Notes: generated from the letters alone by a model not told the origin. A stretch of DNA of 64,000 nucleotides from Ignavibacteria bacterium (GCA_016873735.1 VGWD01000004.1:29798-93797), one strand, 5' to 3'; positions 39,397 to 49,719 are shown, numbered from the stretch's first letter. Translations and numbers: made by a program.

Positions 39397-42300
39397 TTAA
39401 TTTCCTAAAGACACTTGAACAAATGTTCTGATTTCCCATTCATTTCCATTTGGAAATCCAATTGCATTTGGATCTGGAACCCAATTGCCGGCAGGATCAA
39501 TTGTAAGAATTGGAGAATATCTTGGCGAGTATTTGTCCAGTGTTCTATAAGTGGTTCGTAAACCCACTCTTGTTCCGGGCAGCATGAACCAATCGGGCTT
39601 TCCAAGTTCTGTTGACAATTCGGCCATTAACTGAAGAGGAAATGTCAGGTTAAAATCACGATGATAATCGAAGGGACCCCAATCATTGAATTTACAGAAC
39701 AAAATCAATTTCGATTGTTTATAGATTGTTCGAAGATCTGCACCATATCGTTGAATTGTTCTTATATCACTTCCATTGGCTTGTCCATTACCCGCATAGA
39801 GATTCGCTATAAATCCAAGTTCAGGATTGATCTTTGAAACGATTCTAGTATTCACTTCCCATAAATCCTGTGCGGGTGCGGCACCGGGGAATACAAATGT
39901 TGTTCTTCCATTTGAAAGGATGCCGATTGCGGCATCTTGCGTGGTTGGTAAATGACGATACATGAAATCGGCACTTATTGCAAAGGATGCGTCTTCTGCT
40001 CTGTCATTATCCCATTCATACATCCATGTGGCAGGAGTTGGATCATAAGTCAATAATAATTCAGCACCAATTGTTTCCCTGTTTGATCTCACAGAAAATG
40101 GATCATCCAAAATATTTCTTGGTCTTGCAGGTGCTTGAGCCCAAGATGGAATAGGTCCTTCGAGTGGCTTTTGCCATAACATATTAGGAGCGATTTGAAG
40201 CTTACCAATATTTACAGTAAAACCGGTAAGGAAGTTCATCATATTACCACTTCCAATATCTTTCAATCTCCAACCGGTAAATGTTTTCGTATTGTCAAAT
40301 CCACCATTTGCAACCAAGCCCATATAGGATCCGAGGGCATACCAGTTGAATAGTGAACTTTCATATGTGATTTTGATTTTTCCTCCGAAATTATCAGAAG
40401 ATCGTATGGTGTCTTGATACACTGCATAATCATCAATATCTCCACGGATCAGCTGAAATGGTCTTCCATTCAGTGGTTGTCCTGCCCATAATCCACCGAG
40501 GGTGATTCCCAGATTATCAAATTTCTTCTGAATATTCAGTGAGACTTTACGCGTTTTTGGTACCGGAATAGCGAAGGAACTTTGTACATTTTCTCTTTGC
40601 GTCAAGTCTTCTTGAAATACACCTGTTATATCTGTGTTGAAGAGGGAAGTCGAGTATTTGATCAATACCGCAGGATTGGCTCCCCACCATAATTCAGGAC
40701 CAAAAGCTATCTTCAAACCTTTGATGAATTTTTTACCCTCTATTTCAAATCCAAACGGTGTATTGGCAGAATAAATGTCAATATTGGGTCCATAATTCGC
40801 CTCGGGATATAATCCAAAAAAGTCTCCTTCATACCCCCAATGAAAATGTCCGGTTCTATAAAATCCGGTCAGATTCATATATGTCGAATTCCAGGAAATA
40901 CTGCTTTTGTACAGTTGAATTCTGTCATTGACAATATTTTGCTGAGTGCCATTTGGATTCGTTATTGTGATGGTTCTTCCACGATTTTCATAAAACACTT
41001 CATCAATTGGATTCACTGCCACATTACCCAAGACATTGAATTGCACATTCGCTGTTACATTTGAAGCCGGTTTTGCAGTGATTCCTACATTGAATGATTG
41101 CATATGATCAAAACCGAGCTTTTGTGGATATGTGGGAATATTCGTGTTTTTGTTTTGACCTGTACTTAGTAAGCTTCCACCGGTGCTGAATGTGGTGAAG
41201 TTTGCTTGCATATCACTCACAAATATTGAATTTTTATATTGCTCACTTGCAGTCTTATCCGCATTAGCCATGAGCATTGACTGCGCTATATTATTTTCAT
41301 TTACTTTCGATTGTAATGAATCAGTTGACATGGCATACGGATTATAGGAATGTATGTCCTTCAATACATAATATGCAGCTCTTGGATAGAGTGTGTATAA
41401 ACCACGTTCATTTACTTTGCCTTTCGCACAAATCCCGAACCACTCTTCATTCATATTGTTTTCACCTTCCACATAGTCATTCTGATATCCGCCATTTGAC
41501 CATGAAGCATTAACATCATGCACATCTAAATTTGATGTTTGACCAAATTTCCACCATCCATCACTGAATTGAAAGGTAAAGCCACCCAAACTATTACCGG
41601 CCTTTCCATTTCCTGAGGCATTGGCATAGATTTCTTTCCAATTCCCAATAACATATTTTGCTTGCGATTCTTGATCTTCTGCATTTGTTTGCGTATTGAA
41701 TGCATCTGCACCAAACTCAGTAAACATCAGTGGTTTGCCATATTCTTTTCGCACTCTGTCAAAAGCATTGTCAAATGATATTCCACGATAAACATTGATC
41801 CCCAGCACATCCACATCCGGACATTCTTTTGCGATGATATCCAGAAACAGAAGGTCGCCATTGCACATCGCAATCGGATGTTTGGAATCTACCATTTTCA
41901 TTTCTTTTACTGCAGTATTGAAGAGCTTATACATGTGAATGGCATCCTTCGTGGATCTTCTGTCCTGCACAGGTATATTTTCAGTTTCAGCTCCTCTCCA
42001 GAATAATCCATAATTATTTTCATTACCCAAGAGAAACATCAATAATCCGGGTGTGTCTTTATATTCAGACACCATTGCTTGTACTTCTAGTAATAATATG
42101 GATTGAACTACTGAATCAGCATAATCAATATTAGGCACCCAAGTATTGTTGACTGTCAATCCATATCTGCCGAATGTATGATTTAGTACTGTAAAGATTC
42201 CGAACTTGTCATGTATATATGTGATCCATTTTGGAGGTATGCCGATATATTGTCGTATCGTATTCACGCCCATATTCTTCAATAAACCCATCTCATAATC

Positions 42301-42525
42301 AAGTGCAGCTTTTATGGTTGTTTCAGATTGATTCCATAGACTATACGAGTAATTTGTACCCGTTGGGAAATAATCCCAATTCATCCCTTTAATAAAAAAC
42401 TTTTTGCCATTCATCAAGATTGCATGCTCACCACCTATTGATTGAATCTCAATATTTTGGGTATCTGCTGTTAAGGTCGCAATTGTAATACAGAATAAAA
42501 AGCAATAGGTAGAAATTATCTTCAT
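39397..42525 (-). CDS. Clan GH-A (GH2-like) TIM-barrel hydrolase fused to a probable outer-membrane beta-barrel
   Basis: Start MKIIS; signal peptide; NGKKFFIKGM, MGVNTIR.Y, acid/base GNE, nucleophile FTEFG, F.DGWWK, EEWFG; C-terminal ~600 aa of amphipathic strands ending EWEIRTFVQVSLGN. Confidence 0.78.
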   Translation of the reverse strand: MKIISTYCFLFCITIATLTADTQNIEIQSIGGEHAILMNGKKFFIKGMNWDYFPTGTNYSYSLWNQSETTIKAALDYEMGLLKNMGVNTIRQYIGIPPKWITYIHDKFGIFTVLNHTFGRYGLTVNNTWVPNIDYADSVVQSILLLEVQAMVSEYKDTPGLLMFLLGNENNYGLFWRGAETENIPVQDRRSTKDAIHMYKLFNTAVKEMKMVDSKHPIAMCNGDLLFLDIIAKECPDVDVLGINVYRGISFDNAFDRVRKEYGKPLMFTEFGADAFNTQTNAEDQESQAKYVIGNWKEIYANASGNGKAGNSLGGFTFQFSDGWWKFGQTSNLDVHDVNASWSNGGYQNDYVEGENNMNEEWFGICAKGKVNERGLYTLYPRAAYYVLKDIHSYNPYAMSTDSLQSKVNENNIAQSMLMANADKTASEQYKNSIFVSDMQANFTTFSTGGSLLSTGQNKNTNIPTYPQKLGFDHMQSFNVGITAKPASNVTANVQFNVLGNVAVNPIDEVFYENRGRTITITNPNGTQQNIVNDRIQLYKSSISWNSTYMNLTGFYRTGHFHWGYEGDFFGLYPEANYGPNIDIYSANTPFGFEIEGKKFIKGLKIAFGPELWWGANPAVLIKYSTSLFNTDITGVFQEDLTQRENVQSSFAIPVPKTRKVSLNIQKKFDNLGITLGGLWAGQPLNGRPFQLIRGDIDDYAVYQDTIRSSDNFGGKIKITYESSLFNWYALGSYMGLVANGGFDNTKTFTGWRLKDIGSGNMMNFLTGFTVNIGKLQIAPNMLWQKPLEGPIPSWAQAPARPRNILDDPFSVRSNRETIGAELLLTYDPTPATWMYEWDNDRAEDASFAISADFMYRHLPTTQDAAIGILSNGRTTFVFPGAAPAQDLWEVNTRIVSKINPELGFIANLYAGNGQANGSDIRTIQRYGADLRTIYKQSKLILFCKFNDWGPFDYHRDFNLTFPLQLMAELSTELGKPDWFMLPGTRVGLRTTYRTLDKYSPRYSPILTIDPAGNWVPDPNAIGFPNGNEWEIRTFVQVSLGN

Positions 42526-42627
42526 AATAAGGTAATATTGATGGGGTAATGAAGGAGCTTTTAGTAAGAATTTGCTCAAATTAGCCAAAGAATGAACAAT
42601 GACCAATAGGTATTCAATGTTTTGACT

Positions 42628-44097
42628 CTATTTGGAACTTGAGCTCTTCGGCCTCACAAATCTTTTCAAAATCTTTGTTCCTTCCTCTTTGGCTTCATCA
42701 GTTTTTCTGATCTTCCACAATTGTTCGGTTTTCTGTCTTGTGTCTTCCAATTGCACAATTGGTTTGGGATAATCCACTCCGAGTGTGAATGCATACATCA
42801 TCTCTTCCATCGGTGTGATTGTCCATGGTTCATGAATGAGATGTAATGGAAGCTTACTCAATTCCGGACACCATTGTTTGATGAATTCAGCATTGGGATC
42901 ATGTTTGAGTGAATTACTCACGGGATTATACACGCGAATGGTATTCACTCCCGTGGATCCTGCCTGCATTTGAAATTGTGTATAATGTATGCCCGGCTCA
43001 TAATCCAAAAATTGCTTGGCAAGATGATAGACGCCATGCCGCCAATCTTGAAAGAGATGATGCGTAAGAAATGATACAAGCATCGCACGCATGCGAAAGT
43101 TAATCCAACCTGTTTCTTTCACGCATCGCATTCCCGCATCTGTCAGCGGATAACCTGTTTTGCCTTCTTCCCATGCTCTTAATAATGTTTCGTCCTTTTT
43201 AGACCATACATGCTCAAATGCCTGATTGATTGAACGATGTTCATAGCTACAATCAGTTTCGAATTTCTGAATGAAATGACAATGCCATTTGAGTCTAGAT
43301 TGCACATTTGCATGATTGCGCACATGCTTCATGGTTCCTGCGTGTTCATTCAATGCCTGATACACTTGTCTGATGCTGATATTTCCCCATGCGAGATATG
43401 GCGACAATCGACTACATGATATTCTACTTTTGAGGGGTTGTGAAATATGGTTTGAATAATTGTGAATGCGCTCACTTAAAAAACTCTGTAAATATACTCG
43501 TGCATAGTGTTCGCCCGCAGGTTGAAATTGTTTCGGATACTCATTCAATTGTGATGATAGAGTTTCAGGAACCTGAAATGCATGATTCCAATGAATCTGC
43601 TTTCCTTGATTAAACGTATTTTCAATGATGGGAGAATGAGCCATCGCATACCAATCTTTATCCCAATTCTTTCTATCTTTTATCGCCCGCTGAATTCCAT
43701 CACGCTGAAATTCATACCATTTGATATCATGTGCATTAAACAGTTTAACCAAGTCGTGGTCTATGTCAAATGTCAATCGTATTCCACTTTCTTGATAACT
43801 CAATACATGTCGTACATCATATTCTTCAATCAATCGCTGAAATATCTCTCGCGTTTTCCCATAACAAACTGCAATATCTCCCGCAAAAGACTGCATGGAT
43901 TTATGCATTGAGAGAACACTATGATACTGAAATTGAAGGTGACGAATGGAAGTGTCAGGATATGCAATCACATCCGTATCAAACACATACAGGAGAACAT
44001 AAGGCAATTCATCATGCTCAGCCACATAGAGCGGAGCATGATCACTAAGCCGAAGATCTCTTTTGAGCCAGACAATATTGATGGATTGACGTTGCAT
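42628..44097 (-). CDS. Cryptochrome/DNA photolyase family protein
   Basis: [75 protein letters not shown]. Confidence 0.93.
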   Translation of the reverse strand: MQRQSINIVWLKRDLRLSDHAPLYVAEHDELPYVLLYVFDTDVIAYPDTSIRHLQFQYHSVLSMHKSMQSFAGDIAVCYGKTREIFQRLIEEYDVRHVLSYQESGIRLTFDIDHDLVKLFNAHDIKWYEFQRDGIQRAIKDRKNWDKDWYAMAHSPIIENTFNQGKQIHWNHAFQVPETLSSQLNEYPKQFQPAGEHYARVYLQSFLSERIHNYSNHISQPLKSRISCSRLSPYLAWGNISIRQVYQALNEHAGTMKHVRNHANVQSRLKWHCHFIQKFETDCSYEHRSINQAFEHVWSKKDETLLRAWEEGKTGYPLTDAGMRCVKETGWINFRMRAMLVSFLTHHLFQDWRHGVYHLAKQFLDYEPGIHYTQFQMQAGSTGVNTIRVYNPVSNSLKHDPNAEFIKQWCPELSKLPLHLIHEPWTITPMEEMMYAFTLGVDYPKPIVQLEDTRQKTEQLWKIRKTDEAKEEGTKILKRFVRPKSSSSK

Positions 44098-44194
44098 ATT
44101 GAACAGTTGAACAGAGGAGTGAATGCATAAATTCCTTTATCTGATACAACATTGAATTTGGGCTAATTTTGTAACCATTAGATCACAAGAATAC

Positions 44195-44816
44195 ATAAAT
44201 CCTAAAATAGCAGAACTTTTTTGATATTGGCTTCGGAAGATGTTTACTTGTTGGAACACCCAAATGTAAAGTCAAGACCTGCAATGAACAATTGCATGAA
44301 TTGCGAGAGATCATTCTCAAGAATATTGTTGCGGTAGAGAGAAAGTAGGATGTGCCATGTTATACGGACAATGGCAAGAATATCATTCTGTTATCTGCAC
44401 TCAATGATTCAGCTACTCTTAGCTTCTTTAAGGGAAGTTTGATTGATGATGTGCATAGCTTGTTGATTGCTCCCGGGAAAAACTCACAATCAGCCTGGTA
44501 CATGAAATTCATTTCGGTTAAAGAAATCAAGAAAGCAAAGCCAATCATTGTGGATTATATCAAACAAACTTTAGAAATTGAATGAGCAGGAAGAAAAGTG
44601 GCATTTAAACAAGAAGATGATCCAATTCCTGAATAATTATCTATAGCATTCAAAAAGCAATCGGAATTGAACACTGCTTTTTATGCACTCACTCCCGGCG
44701 AGCGAAGAGGATATATCTTGCATTTTAATCAAGCCAAACTATCTGCGGCATGGGAATTAAAAATTCAGAAATGTATCCCATAGATACTACAGGGAAAAGG
44801 ATTGCAAGAAGGTTGA
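44195..44816 (+). pseudogene. YdeI/OmpD-associated (DUF1801 plus OmdA) pseudogene
   Basis: Fragments NPKI..GRCLLVGTPKCKV..LREII, PCYTDNGKNII..LSFFKG..PGKNSQSA, E*AGRKV..PIPE*L..FYALTPGERRGYILHF..KCIP*ILQGKGL; three in-frame stops, broken 5' frame, no ATG. Confidence 0.85.
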
Positions 44817-44868
44817 GGAGCTGAAAGGAAACCAATTTCTTATATTATAATTAAATAAGGGATTAATA

Positions 44869-45669
44869 GTGAAAACTTCGCTTATCATTTCAACATATAA
44901 TCGAGAAGATGCTCTTGATCTCGTTTTAAAGAGTGTAGTACATCTTAAGCAATATCCTCATGAAGTTATTATCGCTGATGATGGCTCAGGTCCAAAAACG
45001 GCAGAGCTCATTCGCAAGTATCAGAATACTTTTCCGATACCATTGATTCATTGTCATCAAGAGGACAAAGGATTCAGGCTTTCGCATATCAGAAACAAAG
45101 CAACCGCAATGTCTTCCGGAGATCATCTGATTTTCATTGATGGAGATATGATTCTACACCCTTACTTTGTGCGTGATCATCAAAGACATGCCCGCGAAGG
45201 ACTGTTCATACAGGGTTCGCGGGTATTATTGCATAAAGAGACTACCTTCTCATCGATTGAACATGGAATTCATCGCTTTTCACCATTCTCCTCAGGAATC
45301 ACCAATAGATTCAATGCAATTCGAATCCCTTTTCTTTCCCCAATAATTTCAACATGGATGAGCAAACAACATCATCATGGAGTACGAGGTTGCAATATGT
45401 CATTCATGAAGCGGGATCTTATCAAAGTCAATGGATTCAATGAAGCATTCATTGGATGGGGTCGAGAAGACAGTGAATGCGTGATACGATTATTACAGGC
45501 GGGCATTCAAAGATTCAATCTTCGTTTAGGTGGCATCGCTTATCATTTATGGCATACAGAACATATCAATTCCGAGTTATTAGAAAAAAACAATGAAGAG
45601 TTGAGACTTGCCATTGAGGAACAAAGAATATGGTGTGCTGAGGGTTTGCAAAATCATATGAGTATTTGA
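44869..45669 (+). CDS. Glycosyltransferase family 2
   Basis: SLIISTYN, IADDGS, FIDGD, GCNMS, NGFNEAFIGWGREDSE, YHLWH; GTG start. Confidence 0.92.
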   Translation: MKTSLIISTYNREDALDLVLKSVVHLKQYPHEVIIADDGSGPKTAELIRKYQNTFPIPLIHCHQEDKGFRLSHIRNKATAMSSGDHLIFIDGDMILHPYFVRDHQRHAREGLFIQGSRVLLHKETTFSSIEHGIHRFSPFSSGITNRFNAIRIPFLSPIISTWMSKQHHHGVRGCNMSFMKRDLIKVNGFNEAFIGWGREDSECVIRLLQAGIQRFNLRLGGIAYHLWHTEHINSELLEKNNEELRLAIEEQRIWCAEGLQNHMSI

Positions 45670-45670
45670 T

Positions 45671-46456
45671 ATGTTATCAAAACGATTAACATCATTGTTC
45701 TTGAGATCACTGAAGCGAGTTCCGACAATCACAATTCAATCATGGGAACATTTCAATGAAGTGGAAATTGATAGTCCTGAACAATATGAAAAGCTAGAGA
45801 TTCCAAGAAGAATCGTATGTTTTTGGACGGGTGATAATGTAATGAGTGATTCCAGAAAGCGAGCATTCGATACATTGCAATCTACATCCAAAACAGAGGT
45901 GCTTTTGATTACCCCGGAATCTCTGCCATCATATATCATTGAAACATATCCGCTTCATCCAGCATATCAATATCTTTCTTTAGTACACCGTTCAGATTAT
46001 TTACGATGTTATTTCATGCATCATTATGGTGGCGGTTATTCGGATATCAAAGCAGCTCGCCATAGTTGGGTACAAAGTTTTGATATATTTGAACAAGAGG
46101 ATTCTTCCTGGATTATGGGTTATCCGGAAATCGGAGAACACGGTGCGGCACCCGTCAAAGGTATATGTGGAGAGGATCTTCGGAAGAATTGGTATTTTCT
46201 ACTTGGAAATTGCGCTTACATTTGCGCACCATATAGTCCATTCACCACATCATGGTATAATGAAGTTCATAAAAGACTTGATGATATATTGCTTGATCTC
46301 CAAAGATGTCCCGGGAATAGTCGGGGAGACAATGATGGATATCCAATTGAATGGACATATCTATTAGGAAATATATTTCATCCTTTATGTTTGAAGTATT
46401 CAAATCATGTTTCATATGACAGAACAATCAAACCGGTCTTGGGTGGATATTTATGA
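45671..46456 (+). CDS. GT32-like / capsular polysaccharide synthesis glycosyltransferase
   Basis: IPRRIVCFWTG, HRSDYLRCYFMHHYGGGYSDIK. Confidence 0.75.
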   Translation: MLSKRLTSLFLRSLKRVPTITIQSWEHFNEVEIDSPEQYEKLEIPRRIVCFWTGDNVMSDSRKRAFDTLQSTSKTEVLLITPESLPSYIIETYPLHPAYQYLSLVHRSDYLRCYFMHHYGGGYSDIKAARHSWVQSFDIFEQEDSSWIMGYPEIGEHGAAPVKGICGEDLRKNWYFLLGNCAYICAPYSPFTTSWYNEVHKRLDDILLDLQRCPGNSRGDNDGYPIEWTYLLGNIFHPLCLKYSNHVSYDRTIKPVLGGYL

Positions 46457-47262
46457 TGAATGAAATTGTTGAACATCATACAATGCCTATTGTATCAATC
46501 ATAGTCCCATGTTATAATGCCGAGAAGTATATTCTTGAGACTTTGCAAAGTATTCAAAGCAGTGTATATCCTTCCTGGGAATGCATCATTATCAATGATG
46601 GGTCCACGGATAATTCATTGAATGTCATTAAAGAAGCGATTGATGGAAATTCCCGATTCACAATACTGAGTCAAGAGAATGCCGGTCCATCAGTAGCAAG
46701 AAATAATGGTATTCGTGCATCACATGGAACATATATTTTACCTTTGGATGCCGATGATCTGATTTCAAAGGAGTATATATCACAGGCAGTTCAGCAATTG
46801 GAACATGATGCCAAAATCAAAGTGGTCTATTCAAATGCCGAATACTTTGGCAAGAAGAAAGGTCCATGGATACTTCCCGAATACTCATTCAATGATCTCT
46901 TATTTGAGAATATGATATTCTGTTCAGCACTCTTCAGGCGAAGTGATTATGATTGTACACGAGGATATGATCCTACATTGCATGGAAGAGAAGATTGGGA
47001 TTTTTGGTTGGAACTCCTAAAAACAGGAGGTGATGTTCATAAACTGAATGGAATACATTTCTTTTATCGAACACATGAAGAATCCAGAGATAGAAAGGCA
47101 AATAGAAATCTCGAACATATACGACAGCATATTTTCAATAATCATCGTGAATTATATGCATACTGTTTTGAGAATCCAATTCAGATCTATCATGAACATG
47201 CATTTTTCAAAAAGAAGTACAATATTCTACGAAGATTAACACTGAGAAAACCCATATCATGA
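46453..47262 (+). CDS. Glycosyltransferase family 2
   Basis: VSIIVPCYN, INDGSTD, NAGPSVARN, LDADD, EDWDFW. Confidence 0.93.
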   Translation: MMNEIVEHHTMPIVSIIVPCYNAEKYILETLQSIQSSVYPSWECIIINDGSTDNSLNVIKEAIDGNSRFTILSQENAGPSVARNNGIRASHGTYILPLDADDLISKEYISQAVQQLEHDAKIKVVYSNAEYFGKKKGPWILPEYSFNDLLFENMIFCSALFRRSDYDCTRGYDPTLHGREDWDFWLELLKTGGDVHKLNGIHFFYRTHEESRDRKANRNLEHIRQHIFNNHRELYAYCFENPIQIYHEHAFFKKKYNILRRLTLRKPIS

Positions 47263-48044
47263 TTTCGATCATCATCGCCGTGTACAAGAATGTCAAAGCA
47301 TTAGACTTGATTTTACAAAGTTTATCATTGCAATCTTTTCAAGACTTTGAAGTTCTTGCCGCAGAAGATGGACAAGATGAGGCAATGCGAATGCTTATTG
47401 AACAATCACATGGATCATATCGCTTTCAAATCAAACATCTTAAGCATGAGGATAAGGGTTTTCGCAAAATCGTGATTGGAAATGAAGCCATCCGAAATGC
47501 GCAAGGAGAATATGTTATTTTTATTGATGGAGATTGCATACTTCATCCAAAATTCATTGAAGAGTATCACAAAGCGATGAAGCCGGGCTCATTTTACTTC
47601 GGGAGAAGAGTATTGCTGGGTCCTAAAACTACAAGAGATTTGTATACTAAGTCAAGATTTTCAATCCCTTCAACCCTTTCACTATTACTTTCTGATTCCA
47701 CACAAGTGCGCGAAGCATTGTATTTGCCATTCTTATCGCCAAAAGAAAAAGTCAATAGAGAGATTTGGGGATGTAATTGGGGGGTGTATAAGCAGCATCT
47801 CATGGACATAAATGGATTTGATGAAGACTATACTTTACCTTGTTTCGGAGAAGATCTGGACATTGACTGGAGATTGGCAAATCTCGGTTTAAAGCGATAC
47901 TCGCTCAAAAACAAAGCAATTCAATATCATCTTTACCATCCACTCATTTGGGATGCTGATATTGAAGTGCAAGGTCGAACACTCTATGAACAAAAAAGAC
48001 AATGCGGTATGGTTCATTGTCTTAATGGTATCGTAAAGTTGTAA
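47259..48044 (+). CDS. Glycosyltransferase family 2
   Basis: ISIIIAVY, AEDG, FIDGD, GCNW, NGFDEDY, GEDLD, YHLYH; paralogous to 44869..45669. Confidence 0.92.
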   Translation: MISIIIAVYKNVKALDLILQSLSLQSFQDFEVLAAEDGQDEAMRMLIEQSHGSYRFQIKHLKHEDKGFRKIVIGNEAIRNAQGEYVIFIDGDCILHPKFIEEYHKAMKPGSFYFGRRVLLGPKTTRDLYTKSRFSIPSTLSLLLSDSTQVREALYLPFLSPKEKVNREIWGCNWGVYKQHLMDINGFDEDYTLPCFGEDLDIDWRLANLGLKRYSLKNKAIQYHLYHPLIWDADIEVQGRTLYEQKRQCGMVHCLNGIVKL

Positions 48045-48097
48045 AGACCCAGTTACAGGTTGAAGTATTAGTCACTCACTTCTCGATTAGCCCTATC

Positions 48098-48448
48098 TCA
48101 TCCATCTGACAAATCCGCAGAATATTCTTTTGCAGAATAATGTGTTCCAAGACCGGCCATAAATGCCAATATTCCTAAAACTAGCGATGCTCCCTCATTG
48201 AACACTGATCCAAGTGCATAACCACCTATGCCCCAACCAATGGAAAGACCCCACATAATCATTGTGCCAAGGACAGGAACATGAATTCCCACAAATAGGA
48301 ATATCAATGAACCTAGAAATACAAACCAGCTTTGCAAGAATACACCCGCAACAATAGAGAGAATAAATACTTCTTTGTAAAATGTGTTTGCTTGTTCTTC
48401 ATTGAACTTAGCTTGTGTAATCCCTCTTCGAACATCACCTGTTGACAT
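48098..48448 (-). CDS. Small membrane protein (3-4 TM)
   Basis: Hydrophobic Gly-rich segments; AGGAG RBS. Confidence 0.7.
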   Translation of the reverse strand: MSTGDVRRGITQAKFNEEQANTFYKEVFILSIVAGVFLQSWFVFLGSLIFLFVGIHVPVLGTMIMWGLSIGWGIGGYALGSVFNEGASLVLGILAFMAGLGTHYSAKEYSADLSDG

Positions 48449-48827
48449 GACCCTTCTCCTGAAAATATGTTTAATCCCTATAATAGCTCGTTGGCATATT
48501 ATGTAGTAGACAAATCATGTGCCACTTTATCGTCTTACATCTACATCAGTTATTTAACAGCCACCGGTGAGCAAGACAGAATTTCCTTAGAAGTCAGTAT
48601 TCAAGCGCTATCCAAACGATATCTTGCTTGATGAAAAAAAGCTCGACAAAATTCTCCAGAACATAAAAAAGTATGGATGTGTCAGTAATAATTCACACAA
48701 GACATGTATGCCCATTTGACAGAGTCTGCATTATGAGTATAAATATATAACAAGTTTTGAGTACAGGGGAAACGTATTATATGAAAAACCCAAATACTCC
48801 GAAAATGCTAGATTATATATTTTAATA

Positions 48828-48859
48828 AAAAAGGGTGTGCTACGATAAGCAGCACACCC
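48828..48859 (-). terminator. Rho-independent terminator
   Basis: Stem GGGTGTGCT / AGCACACCC followed by TTTTTT on the minus strand. Confidence 0.75.
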
Positions 48860-48945
48860 ATATTATTGAAGATAAGAAGCAATTGTAGACTTACTGAAAT
48901 TTTGAAAGTAAAGAAAAATAACAATTACGATATAGTTTGTTTTAT

Positions 48946-49719
48946 TCAATTCTCTGATAATTTATACATCACTCCAACTTGGAAACTCAAACCACTGGAA
49001 GTTATAGATGGAGAAATGCCCGCTTGTGCACTTCCCAAACCTGCAGATTGAACTACTCCTTTTGAGGTCATTGGAACAGTTATACCATTACACAATAATC
49101 CATCACTGGAAGTAAATCCCAAATTATATCCAATATTTCCCATTAATGACAATTTGTCATTGATCTTATATGTCGGGGTAATTCCAACATTTATTGCAAG
49201 ACCGCTAAATTCCATAGAAAGGTCGTCACCCTCATTAAATGTTCCTTCGGAAAGAATTACAGGAGGTGTATAACTAGGTATTACAGAAATAGCGCCCAAA
49301 TCTGCTTTTCCTCTGTTATAGCCTAGTTTTGGGGTAATAGATAGATTCAATTTATCACCTTTCATAATTGCATAATTCACACCGATATTCGTTGCCAACA
49401 ATTGAATACCCGACAATGAATATTGTATTTCAAAAAGGGCACTAAGATTATCATTCAACTTTCTTACACCACCAATCATAATACCAATATTCATTGCTGA
49501 TGGTTTCATCCCTTCTAAATCAATTCTAACTCTACCTTCACTGCTTGAAGGGTTTACAGATTTTAAACCAAACTTTTCCCAATCAGAAATATCAAACTTT
49601 GTAAAGTCTGAAGTTGATGTTCCGGCAATATTCAAACCACCGTACACATCAAATGGTAGCTGTCCTTTTGCATTTAAGAAAAGGGCGAAAAACATACAGA
49701 ACACAGTAATTCTTTTCAT
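48946..49719 (-). CDS. Outer-membrane beta-barrel protein (OmpA/PorT-like)
   Basis: Signal peptide MKRITVFCMFFALFLNAKG; amphipathic strands; C-terminal LSFQVGVMYKL; AGGAG RBS. Confidence 0.75.
   Translation of the reverse strand: MKRITVFCMFFALFLNAKGQLPFDVYGGLNIAGTSTSDFTKFDISDWEKFGLKSVNPSSSEGRVRIDLEGMKPSAMNIGIMIGGVRKLNDNLSALFEIQYSLSGIQLLATNIGVNYAIMKGDKLNLSITPKLGYNRGKADLGAISVIPSYTPPVILSEGTFNEGDDLSMEFSGLAINVGITPTYKINDKLSLMGNIGYNLGFTSSDGLLCNGITVPMTSKGVVQSAGLGSAQAGISPSITSSGLSFQVGVMYKLSEN

Noticed and set aside
27599-42373. 12-bp match TTGGGAAATAAT between the mnmE 3' end and about 42363, suggesting an att site
   Set aside because: The second copy is inside an intact CDS and 12 bp of AT-rich identity is expected by chance. 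mnmE is a known hotspot, but no integrase is present.
44352-44585. 77-aa ORF as an independent gene, or stop-codon readthrough
   Set aside because: It is the middle fragment of the YdeI pseudogene; three different stop codons and a frame break rule out simple recoding.
48540-48720. Possible gene remnant on the plus strand in the long intergenic region
   Set aside because: Short interrupted frames with no motif I can identify.
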